Origin: an uncultured Collinsella sp. | Lineage (GTDB): Bacteria > Actinomycetota > Coriobacteriia > Coriobacteriales > Coriobacteriaceae | Direction of reading: 5' to 3' | NCBI GenBank assembly: GCA_900542905.1 | Contig: UQPF01000005.1 | Coordinates: forward strand, 62,129-126,128 | DNA length: 64,000 nucleotides | In this document: piece after piece, positions 36,477 to 44,454 of the stretch | How positions within the stretch are numbered: position 1 is the first letter of the stretch | Layout: each line of letters begins with the position of its first letter | The notes under the pieces: model-generated | Told to the model about the DNA's origin: nothing | Databases searched by the model: none | The model's input: only the letters and a program-made list of their open reading frames with translations | Position numbers and translations under genes: made by a program

Positions 36477-37409
36477 CTAGCAGACCTGACGAACCTCGAT
36501 GTGCTTCTTATATTCGTCCACCTTGGCAAAGTCGCCCAGGCCCGGGCACTCGACCACGTTGGCGCCGGTGGCCATCGACAGACGGAGGGCATCCTCGACG
36601 CGCTCGGGAGCGTCGTGCCATACGGACAGGAAGGCAGCGAGCGAGGAATCGCCGGCGCACACCGTCGACAGCAGCTTGACGTCGAAGGTGCGATTGGCAA
36701 ACCAGATGTGCTCGCCGTTGGAGAAGTACGCACCGGCGCCACCGAGGGTCAGCAGCACGTTCTTGGCGCCCTTAGCGTGCAGCTCGGCCATAGCGCCCTT
36801 GACGGACTCATCGTCGCCACCGCTCACCTTAATGCCAAAGATGTCGAGCAGCTCGTCGTCATTGGGCTTGATCAGCAGCGGCTCCATGGCAATGAGGTCT
36901 GCCAGCTGATGGCTCGAGATGTCGAGGACGAACTCGGCCCCCTTGGCCTTGACGCGGCGCAGGACCTCGGCCAAGAAGCCCTCGGAAGTGTTGGGAGGCA
37001 GCGAGCCGCTGATGACCAGGCAGGTCATGTCATCGAGCGAATCGATGAGCTCAAACATCTCCTGCTCGTTGGCCTCGTTGATGGCGGCACCGGCGTTGAC
37101 CATGTTGTACTCGGTGTCGGGTCCGGCATTGAGGAACACGTTGACGCGCGTGATGCCGTCGGTCCAAACGGGCTTGACGGGCACGCCCAGGGCCTCGGCG
37201 CCCTTAACGATAAACTCGCCCGAGAAGCCGGCGAAAAAGCCCAGGATCGTGGTGTCAACACCGTAGTGATCGAGGGTGAACGAGACGTTGAGACCCTTGC
37301 CGTTGGGCGTGTAGACGGCGTTACGGGTACGCGTGACGGTGTTGGCAGCAAGGCCGTCGCAGGCGATGTTGTAGTCAATGGCGGGATTTGCAGTGAGCGT
37401 GTAAATCAT
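36477..37409 (-). CDS. PfkB-family sugar-phosphate kinase (1-phosphofructokinase / tagatose-6-phosphate kinase type), paralogue 2
   Basis: MIYTLTANPAIDY..., NGKG, C-terminal TVCAGDSSLAAF. The ATG at 37409 is preceded by GAAAGGAAC. Confidence 0.85.
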   Translation of the reverse strand: MIYTLTANPAIDYNIACDGLAANTVTRTRNAVYTPNGKGLNVSFTLDHYGVDTTILGFFAGFSGEFIVKGAEALGVPVKPVWTDGITRVNVFLNAGPDTEYNMVNAGAAINEANEQEMFELIDSLDDMTCLVISGSLPPNTSEGFLAEVLRRVKAKGAEFVLDISSHQLADLIAMEPLLIKPNDDELLDIFGIKVSGGDDESVKGAMAELHAKGAKNVLLTLGGAGAYFSNGEHIWFANRTFDVKLLSTVCAGDSSLAAFLSVWHDAPERVEDALRLSMATGANVVECPGLGDFAKVDEYKKHIEVRQVC

Positions 37410-37536
37410 GAATGTTCCTTTCACGAAGTAACGTGTTAATGAAAGTATATTCCACCCAACGGTAAAAGGCTAGGACAACTCGGTGAACGGTGTGGAAGCG
37501 ATGAAGTACGGCAGAGCATCTCTCTCCAATAACGGA

Positions 37537-37570
37537 ACAAAAAAGGCGCCCCAGCCGAAACCGGGGCGCC
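37537..37570 (-). terminator. Intrinsic terminator between the two pfkB paralogues
   Basis: On the minus strand: GGCGCCCC-GGTTTCGGCT-GGGGCGCC followed by TTTTTTG. Confidence 0.75.
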
Positions 37571-37598
37571 GCATGCGCACGAATATGTCGCGTTTCGA

Positions 37599-38531
37599 TT
37601 ACTGACGATCGAGCTTGCGGACAGCAACGCGCTTGCTGTACTCGTCGACGTGACCGAAGTCGCCGATGCCGACGGACTCGGCAACGTTGGCGCCGGTGGC
37701 CATAGCGAGCTTCATGGCCTCCTCGACGTTGTCGCGATCCCTGTACCACTTGTGCAGGAACGCAGCGAGGGTGCAGTCGCCGGCGCAGACAGAAGAAACC
37801 AGCTTGATGTTGAACTCACGCTTGGCGTACCAAATATCCTCGCCGTTGGAGAAGTAAGCGTCGCCGCGGCTACCACGGGTGAGCAGCACGTTCTGAACGC
37901 CAGCGTCGTGAGCCATCTTCATGGCAACGCGGACCTCGTCGTCGGTGTCGACCGGCACGCCGAAGATGGCCTTCATCTCGTGATGGTTCGGCTTGATGAG
38001 CAGCGGCTTCTTGTGAGCGAGCTCCTTGAGCTTGTCGGAGGACAGGTCCAGGACGACGTCGGCGCCACGAGCCTGAGCGTGCTCCATGACCTGAGCCAGG
38101 AAGTCGGGCGTAGCTTTGGGAGGCACGGAGCCGGAAACGATCAGGCACTCGAGATCGCCCGCGGTGTCCAGGATGTTGTAGAGCTCCTCCTGGTGCTGCG
38201 GCGTAATAGGAGCGCCGGGGTTCAGGATGCCGTACTCGTGCTGGCCATCGTTGACGTAGGTGTTGATGCGCGTGATACCGTCGGTCCAGACCGGGCGGCA
38301 CAGGCAGCCCAGGTTCATGACCTCCTCGACGATAAACTTGCCCGTGAAGCCAGCGAAGAAGCCGAGTGCGACGGTGTCAACGCCCATCTTCTTAAAGGCG
38401 AAGGACACGTCGAGGCCCTTGCCGTTAGCCGTGTAGCTGGCCGAGCCGGTGCGGACGTTCTCGTCGGGCTCGAGCGGAGAGCTCGAAACCGTCATGTCGA
38501 CAGCCGGGTTAGCGGTTAGCGTGTAGAACAT
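37599..38531 (-). CDS. PfkB-family sugar-phosphate kinase (1-phosphofructokinase type), paralogue 1
   Basis: MFYTLTANPAVDM..., NGKG, SVCAGDCTLAAF. By eye, roughly half of the residues are identical to the downstream paralogue. Confidence 0.85.
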   Translation of the reverse strand: MFYTLTANPAVDMTVSSSPLEPDENVRTGSASYTANGKGLDVSFAFKKMGVDTVALGFFAGFTGKFIVEEVMNLGCLCRPVWTDGITRINTYVNDGQHEYGILNPGAPITPQHQEELYNILDTAGDLECLIVSGSVPPKATPDFLAQVMEHAQARGADVVLDLSSDKLKELAHKKPLLIKPNHHEMKAIFGVPVDTDDEVRVAMKMAHDAGVQNVLLTRGSRGDAYFSNGEDIWYAKREFNIKLVSSVCAGDCTLAAFLHKWYRDRDNVEEAMKLAMATGANVAESVGIGDFGHVDEYSKRVAVRKLDRQ

Positions 38532-38605
38532 TTACAGTACCCCCTGTATATGTGAGGGCCGCGTGGCCGGCCCATTCCAACCACGCGGTTACCTCTGATA
38601 CCAAA

Positions 38606-40309
38606 TTAGCGAGCTGCGGACTCGAGCAGTGCCTTGACCTCGGCGGCGGTGTTGCAGGCGAGCGCCTTCTCGGCGAGCTCGTCGCACTCGGCCTTGGTCC
38701 ACTGGCTGATGGTCTTGCGGGCGCGCAGGATCGACGGAGCGCTCATCGAGAACTCCTCCAGGCCCCAGCTGATCAGCAGCGGCTCGAGCAGCGGATCGGC
38801 AGCGGCCTCGCCGCACATACCGACCATGATACCGGCCTTAACGCCGCTCTCGATGATGTTCTTGAGCGAGCGGAGCACGGCGGGATAGTACACCTGGTAC
38901 AGGTTGGAGATGGTGTCGTTACCACGGTCGGCGCACATGGTGTAGCCGATCAGGTCGTTGGTGCCGATGGAGAAGAAGTCGGCAACCTCGGCAAGACGGT
39001 CTGCGAGCAGCGAAGCGGCGGGCGTCTCGACCATGATGCCGACCTCGATGTTCTCGTTGAACTTGCGACCCTCTTCGGTCAGCTCGGCCTTGCACTGCTC
39101 GACGAGCTCCTTGACAGCCAAGACCTCCTCGACGCAGGTGACGAGCGGGATCATGATCTTGACGTCACCGAAGGCGCTAGCGCGCAGCAGAGCGCGGAGC
39201 TGGACCTTGTACTGGTCGGGATTGGCCAGGCAGTAACGCACGGCGCGGAAGCCCATGAAGGGGTTATCTTCCTTGACCATGTGCAGATACGGAATCTCCT
39301 TGTCGCCGCCAACATCGAGCGTGCGGATGATGACCGGAGCACCCTTGAGCGCGCTGGCGACCTTACGGTAGGCGTTGAACTGCTCCTCCTCGGAAGGAAG
39401 CTCAGCAGAGTCCATGAACAGGAACTCGGAGCGGAACAGACCGATGGCCTCGGCGTCGTGATCGAGCGCGTTGGGCACGTCATCGGGGTTACCGATGTTG
39501 CAGGCGATGATCTTCTTGATGCCATCGGCAGTCACGGACGGCTTGCCGCGGAAGGCCTCGAGGGCTGCCTTCTCGGCAGCGAAGGCCTCGGCCTTGGCGG
39601 TGTAGGCGGCGAGCGTCTCCTCGTCGGGATCGGCCTCAACGATACCCTTGCCACCGTCGACGACAACGGTCATACCGTTGCGCAGCGCGGTGCAGCTATT
39701 GGAAACCGAAAGGACAGCCGGGATCTCGAGGGCGCGCGCAATAATCGCGGAGTGCGACGTGCGGCCACCGGTCTCGGTGACGATACCGGCAACGTGGGCC
39801 TTATCGATCGTGGCGGTCATGGACGGCGTGAGGTCGTGAACGACAACGACAGTATTCTCGGGCAGGACGGAAAGGTCGACGACCTCCTTGCCCAGCAGCT
39901 CGGCCAGAATACCGGTGCGGATGTCGGCGATGTCGGCCGCGCGCAGACGAAACATCTCGTCGTCCATGGACAGGAACATGTTCTCGAACATGGTCGAGGT
40001 GTCCATGAGCGCCTGCTCGGCGCAGGTACCGCCGTCAATGGCGGCGTTGATGGCGTCGGTCATGCCCGGGTCCTGAGCCAGGACAATGTGTCCGCTCATG
40101 ATCTCGGCCTCGGCCTCGCCCACCGTCTCCTTCATGTGGTCGGCCTGAGCCTGGGTCTTCTCGCAGAAGACCGAAAGAGCGGACTGATAGCGCTCCTTCT
40201 CTGCTGCCGAATCGGCAACCTCGTGCGGCTCAAACGTCAAGTCGGGATCGACGGCGACCATGACGGTGCCGATACCGATGCCCTCGGAAGCGTTGACTCC
40301 CTGATACAT
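38606..40309 (-). CDS. ptsI: Phosphoenolpyruvate--protein phosphotransferase (PTS Enzyme I)
   Basis: MYQGVNASEGIGIG..., phospho-His region GGRTSHSAIIARA, C-terminal PEP-utilising domain (SIGTNDL). Start at ATG 40309, with 40315 as an alternative, after GGAGAGAGG. Confidence 0.93.
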   Translation of the reverse strand: MYQGVNASEGIGIGTVMVAVDPDLTFEPHEVADSAAEKERYQSALSVFCEKTQAQADHMKETVGEAEAEIMSGHIVLAQDPGMTDAINAAIDGGTCAEQALMDTSTMFENMFLSMDDEMFRLRAADIADIRTGILAELLGKEVVDLSVLPENTVVVVHDLTPSMTATIDKAHVAGIVTETGGRTSHSAIIARALEIPAVLSVSNSCTALRNGMTVVVDGGKGIVEADPDEETLAAYTAKAEAFAAEKAALEAFRGKPSVTADGIKKIIACNIGNPDDVPNALDHDAEAIGLFRSEFLFMDSAELPSEEEQFNAYRKVASALKGAPVIIRTLDVGGDKEIPYLHMVKEDNPFMGFRAVRYCLANPDQYKVQLRALLRASAFGDVKIMIPLVTCVEEVLAVKELVEQCKAELTEEGRKFNENIEVGIMVETPAASLLADRLAEVADFFSIGTNDLIGYTMCADRGNDTISNLYQVYYPAVLRSLKNIIESGVKAGIMVGMCGEAAADPLLEPLLISWGLEEFSMSAPSILRARKTISQWTKAECDELAEKALACNTAAEVKALLESAAR

Positions 40310-40442
40310 TCCCATTCCTCTCTCCGTGTCATGTGATAAAGCGTTTTGCCATATCCATGACAAAAGAGCGCAGCTACCTTACAACAGGTCACTGCGCCCC
40401 CAAATATGAACTTAGTTGTTCAACATGCGACCCGTTTGAGTT

Positions 40443-40706
40443 CTACTCGCCAAGACCGCTCTTGATGAGCTCGATGGCAGCAGCCAGAGCCTCGGCCTCG
40501 TCAGCGCCGTCGCACTTGACCTCGACCTCGGTACCGCAGGGGATACCAGCAGCCATGAGGGCCATCGGGGACTTGCCGTTGACCTCCTTCTCGGGGGTGA
40601 CGACCGTCACGTCACAGGCGTACTTGCCCATGGTGGAGGCGAACAGACCAGCCGGACGCATGTGCAGACCCTGAGGATTAACGAGGGTAGCCTTCTCAGA
40701 AACCAT
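40443..40706 (-). CDS. ptsH: Phosphocarrier protein HPr
   Basis: 87 aa. GLHMRPAG contains His15 and NGKSPMALM contains the Ser46 site. SD AAAGGAG is 6 nt upstream of the ATG at 40706. Confidence 0.93.
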   Translation of the reverse strand: MVSEKATLVNPQGLHMRPAGLFASTMGKYACDVTVVTPEKEVNGKSPMALMAAGIPCGTEVEVKCDGADEAEALAAAIELIKSGLGE

Positions 40707-40843
40707 AATTGACTCCTTTTTGTGTTTAACCCCTGTCATGCATGTGGCAGGAGTCAGATTCACGACGTTGTTTATATTAACTCACATCAAACGGTTTTTC
40801 ATTGTGTTTCAGACGAATTATTGGACAGATGTGTTTGTCGTCC

Positions 40844-40995
40844 GCTTGCTCGCCCACAGGGGCCCGTGCGCGGCCTGTGAGATTTCCTGCTCTACAGTCC
40901 TGCTCGCACGAAGAGCACATTAAGTGCTCTTCGGCTCGTGCGGAACTCGCGATAAATCTCACAGGCCGCGCACGGGCCCCTGTGGGCGAGCAAGC
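40844..40995. repeat. Palindromic intergenic element, family A copy 2 (inverted relative to copy 1): 42-bp perfect outer inverted repeat (40844-40885 / 40954-40995) enclosing the 68-nt core
   Basis: The outer arms are GCTTGCTCGCCCACAGGGGCCCGTGCGCGGCCTGTGAGATTT and its exact reverse complement. The core is the reverse complement of 3041-3109, with compensatory changes in the inner hairpin. Confidence 0.9.
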
Positions 40996-41100
40996 TGCGG
41001 AAACCCAGTCGGACCAGAGTAATGTCGGCTGAAAGGAATTCTGGCTGATAACCTGTTCGCGACAAAGACTCGATAGGCAGCCCCCTCTATGCCCTTTTGT

Positions 41101-41169
41101 AAGTTGCGGTGAAATAGGGACTGAATTTGGGGTTGAAACGGTTAAACAGTCCCAATTTCACCGCAACTT
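41101..41169. repeat. Palindromic intergenic element, family B copy 2
   Basis: AAGTTGCGGTGAAATAGGGACTG ... CAGTCCCAATTTCACCGCAACTT (22/23 inverted repeat). The termini are the same as at 10239-10307. Confidence 0.85.
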
Positions 41170-41183
41170 ATGGGAGGGGCAAG

Positions 41184-41226
41184 AAAAAAGGCGGGGGCTC
41201 CTGGTGGAGTCCTCGCCTTTTGTACA
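41184..41226 (-). terminator. Probable terminator after fruA (imperfect hairpin flanked by A- and T-runs; bidirectional shape)
   Basis: AAAAAAGGCGGGGGCTCC-TGGT-GGAGTCCTCGCCTTTTGT. Confidence 0.55.
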
Positions 41227-41255
41227 GGGGGCGATGTTAATCGCTAGCCGTGGGG

Positions 41256-43265
41256 TTAGACCAGACGGGCGTTGATCGTCTTGGCGATCTCGGCGGCGTT
41301 GGTGGAACCCTTGACGGTGGCACGGAAGTCCTCGTCCATGAGCGCCTCGGCGACCTTGGACAGAATCTTGAGATGCGTGGTGCCAGCCTGGGCACCGGGG
41401 ATGAGCAGGGCGATAGCCACGTTGACGGGAGCGCCGTCCATGGTGTCCCAACCGGTGACGCCGGAGTCGTCCTTGACGACGATAACGGCGGCCTCGGTAA
41501 TGGCATCGGACTTGGCATGCGGAATGGCGAAGCCCTCCATCATGCCCGTGGTACCCTCGGCCTCGCGGGCCAGGAAGGCGTTCATCACGGCATCGGCGTC
41601 GCTCGCGACACCGGCCTTGACGGCCTGGTTGGAGACAAAGCTCAGAGCCTCGTCACGAGAAGCGAAGTCCTCGGCGACAAAGACGTTCTCGACCTTCACG
41701 AAGTCGGCAGCCTCGGCCTTGGGGGCCTCGACGGCAGCGGCCTTGGGGGCCTCGACCGGCTGAGCAGCGGCGGCGGGAGCTGCCTTCTGGTTCTTCTCGA
41801 AGTCGTACTTCTTGAAGGCCACGAACAGGATGCCACCGACCACAGCGCCGATGAGGATCGCGAGGACCCACAGCGGACCATTCTCGACAACGGGCAGGAC
41901 CAGGAAGCCACCATGAGGCGCCGGATCGTGAACGTTGAACATAATGGTCAGGATCGAGGCGATAGAGGAACCGAGCATCATGATGGGCATGACGGGCCAG
42001 ATGTTCTTGGTCATGAACGGAATGGCGCCCTCGGTGATGTGGGTGCAACCAAGGATGAGGTTGACGATACCGGCGTCGTGATCCTCCTGGCTGAAGTACT
42101 TCTTGCCGACAACGACGGCGAAGGTGGTGATCAGCGGCGGAACGATGCAAGCTGCGGAGACGGCAGCCATGAAGTTGGTGCCGAAGTTGTAGGTGTCGGT
42201 GCCGACACCGGCGGCCAGGGCCTCGGTGAGCATAGCGGTACCGGTGACGTAAGCAGCCTTGTTGACCGGGCCGCCCATGTCAACGGCGCACATGCAGCCG
42301 ATGGCAAGGCCCAGAACAATGGCGCCAGAGGCAGACAGACCCTTGAGGAAGTCCATCATGGCGGTGTTGATGGCAGCCATGGGGCCGGAGATGCCGAGCA
42401 TGACCAGGCCGACGATAGCAGTCGAGAACAGCGGGTACAGGAAGATAGCCTTGAGGCCGTCCAGATTCTTGGGCAGCTTGGAGAAGACCTTCTCGAGCAG
42501 CAAGATGACATAGCCAGCGAGGAAACCGCCGACGATGCCGCCCAGGAAGCCGAAGCCCACGCCGGCGCCGCCGGCGTCGATCATGCCGGTCTCGGCGTTA
42601 ACGGGCAGGCCCTGGATGGCGATCATACCGGCAACAAAACCGGGGACGAGCGCCGGGCGCTTGCCGATGGACTCGGCGATGTAGGCGGAAAGCACGGGAA
42701 CCATGAGGTTCATGGCGATGCCGCCGATGATCTTGAGCATAGCGGCAAGGCTGTTGTAGTCAGACGCCGTCGAATCGAAGGACGTGATGCCCCACAGGAA
42801 CGAGACGGCGGTCAGGACACCACCAGCGACGACGAAGACCAGCATGTGGCTGACGCCGTTCATGAGGTGCTTGTAGATGATGTGGCCGATGGACTCCTTC
42901 TCCTCGACCTCATCCTCGACATCGGCAGCAGCCGCAACCGACTCGTCACCCTTGGCGGCGAGCGCGCGGTCGATCAGCTTACCGGCGGCCTCGACGGACA
43001 GGGCTTTGGAAACACCAACGGAAACCATGCGCTTGCCGGCGAAACGCTCCGCCTGGACATCCTTATCGGCCGCGACGACGACGGCCTTGGCACCAGCGAT
43101 CTCGCTCTTGGTGAGTTCGTTCTCGACACCGACCTGGCCATGGGTCTCGACCTTAATAGTCAGACCTCGCTCGGCAGCTGCCTTCTCCAGCGCCTCCTTC
43201 GCCATGAAGGTGTGCGCAATGCCGGTCGGGCAACCGGTGGCGGCGATGATGTCAAACTTAGCCAT
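41256..43265 (-). CDS. fruA: PTS fructose-family transporter, fused EIIB-EIIC-EIIA
   Basis: The ATG at 43265 follows AAAAGGAGGGA. The N-terminal IIB reads MAKFDIIAATGCPTGIAHT. The central IIC domain is multi-TM. The C-terminal EIIA-2 domain has GFAIPHAKS. Confidence 0.9.
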   Translation of the reverse strand: MAKFDIIAATGCPTGIAHTFMAKEALEKAAAERGLTIKVETHGQVGVENELTKSEIAGAKAVVVAADKDVQAERFAGKRMVSVGVSKALSVEAAGKLIDRALAAKGDESVAAAADVEDEVEEKESIGHIIYKHLMNGVSHMLVFVVAGGVLTAVSFLWGITSFDSTASDYNSLAAMLKIIGGIAMNLMVPVLSAYIAESIGKRPALVPGFVAGMIAIQGLPVNAETGMIDAGGAGVGFGFLGGIVGGFLAGYVILLLEKVFSKLPKNLDGLKAIFLYPLFSTAIVGLVMLGISGPMAAINTAMMDFLKGLSASGAIVLGLAIGCMCAVDMGGPVNKAAYVTGTAMLTEALAAGVGTDTYNFGTNFMAAVSAACIVPPLITTFAVVVGKKYFSQEDHDAGIVNLILGCTHITEGAIPFMTKNIWPVMPIMMLGSSIASILTIMFNVHDPAPHGGFLVLPVVENGPLWVLAILIGAVVGGILFVAFKKYDFEKNQKAAPAAAAQPVEAPKAAAVEAPKAEAADFVKVENVFVAEDFASRDEALSFVSNQAVKAGVASDADAVMNAFLAREAEGTTGMMEGFAIPHAKSDAITEAAVIVVKDDSGVTGWDTMDGAPVNVAIALLIPGAQAGTTHLKILSKVAEALMDEDFRATVKGSTNAAEIAKTINARLV

Positions 43266-43392
43266 GTGTCCCTCCTTTTTAAGTTTTGCGCCCGCAGGCG
43301 CTCCCCTACACGCGCGTCCTTGCGCGCTTTTCCACAACTGAAAGATACCAACCTACCGTCCGCGTGAGAAGAGACAAGGCGCAATTCTCCGG

Positions 43393-43407
43393 TGAAAGGT
43401 TCTTTCA
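43393..43407. promoter_or_regulatory. Candidate operator palindrome TGAAA-GGTTC-TTTCA in the fruA/rpiR divergent region
   Basis: Read directly. Related 15-mers lie at 40787-40801 (upstream of ptsH) and 37440-37454 (upstream of the distal pfkB). Confidence 0.3.
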
Positions 43408-43537
43408 TAACCGTAAACGGTAAGTGAAAGTTTACCATCAACACTTGAAACGGCAAGGTGTATCTTGTAATTGAAAATCCCCCTATACTATGACATTACA
43501 AAACGAGTCCGATTTTCATGCCAACCAGGAGCCATCC

Positions 43538-44395
43538 ATGACCGATAGTAGCAAGAGCGCACTTTCCCTCATTAGTACCCATCAGGGATACAGCGAGTCC
43601 GAGCAGCGCATTGTCGACTATATATTGGAGCACCAGTCCGAGGCGCCACGCCTCACGGCGGCTCAGCTCTCGCGCGCCGCCGCCACGTCCGAGGCGACCG
43701 TTTCGCGCTTCTGCCGCAAGCTTGGCTTTGGCAGCTTCCGCAGCTTTCAGTTTTCGTTGGCGCGCGACTTGGAGAGTCAGCGCAACGAGGGCCTGACCGA
43801 CGAGGTATCGCTCGACAACATGGAGCAGAGCCTTAAGAACATCCTGGCTGCCAAGGTGAGCGAGCTTAATGCGACCATCGACGGGATCGACCACGATACG
43901 CTGGCGGCTGTTGTGCATGCCCTTAAGCATGCAGGGGTTATTGAGTTTGCAGCTGTGGGCAATACGAACGCGGTCGCGCTCGATGCGACGTTTAAGTTTT
44001 CGCAGCTGGGCCTGCGCTGCATGGCGAGCACCATTAGCGAGACATCAATCGGCTTTGCGCTCACGTTGCGCCCGGGTGACGTCATCGTGCTAATCTCAAA
44101 CTCCGGCAAATCGCGCCGACTGAATCGCATGGCAAAAGCGGCTCGCAACTGCGGCGCAACCGTAGTCGTCATCAGCAGCGACAGCAAATCCCCGCTCGCG
44201 CGTCTGGCAGACTACACTTTTAATACCGTCAACCACGAAGCGCTGCTGACGACAGGCGACTTTGCGTTCTCTAAGATCAGTGCCACGATGATCATCGAAG
44301 TCATCTACAACTTCCTGCTGCCCGAGATTGAAGACGCTCGCGAACATATCAGCTACTACGAGGAGCTCATCCAGCCGGATAAGGTCGTTGAGTAA
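43538..44395 (+). CDS. MurR/RpiR-family transcriptional regulator (HTH_6 + SIS domain)
   Basis: The ATG at 43538 follows AGGAG (6-nt spacing). The HTH region is AAQLSRAAATSEATVSRFCRKLGF and the SIS region is VIVLISNSGKS. Confidence 0.88.
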   Translation: MTDSSKSALSLISTHQGYSESEQRIVDYILEHQSEAPRLTAAQLSRAAATSEATVSRFCRKLGFGSFRSFQFSLARDLESQRNEGLTDEVSLDNMEQSLKNILAAKVSELNATIDGIDHDTLAAVVHALKHAGVIEFAAVGNTNAVALDATFKFSQLGLRCMASTISETSIGFALTLRPGDVIVLISNSGKSRRLNRMAKAARNCGATVVVISSDSKSPLARLADYTFNTVNHEALLTTGDFAFSKISATMIIEVIYNFLLPEIEDAREHISYYEELIQPDKVVE

Positions 44396-44403
44396 AACGC
44401 GTA

Positions 44404-44435
44404 GTGGGACAAAAATTTCAGTCTATTTTGTCCCA
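44404..44435. terminator. Bidirectional terminator between the convergent rpiR and recN genes
   Basis: TGGGACAAAA-ATTTCAGTCTAT-TTTTGTCCCA. Confidence 0.65.
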
Positions 44436-44454
44436 TCAACACCGCTGATACGAC

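Noticed and set aside
3015-41169. CRISPR array or retron interpretation of the repeated palindromes.
   Set aside because: There are only two dispersed copies per family, with no regular repeat-spacer periodicity. No cas genes and no reverse transcriptase are present in the window.
41250-43367. Very long antisense ORFs from the track. Examples: 705 aa at 41250-43367 (+), 594 aa at 38552-40336 (+), 666 aa at 55087-57087 (+), 524 aa at 30694-32268 (-), 459 aa at 5498-6877 (-), 335 aa at 242-1249 (+).
   Set aside because: Each lies opposite a confidently identified gene (fruA, ptsI, alaS, the ABC ATPase, the L,D-transpeptidase, gltX). They have Gly/Asp/Arg/Leu-rich low-complexity translations typical of the antisense frames of high-GC genes. 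They carry no family motifs and no SD.
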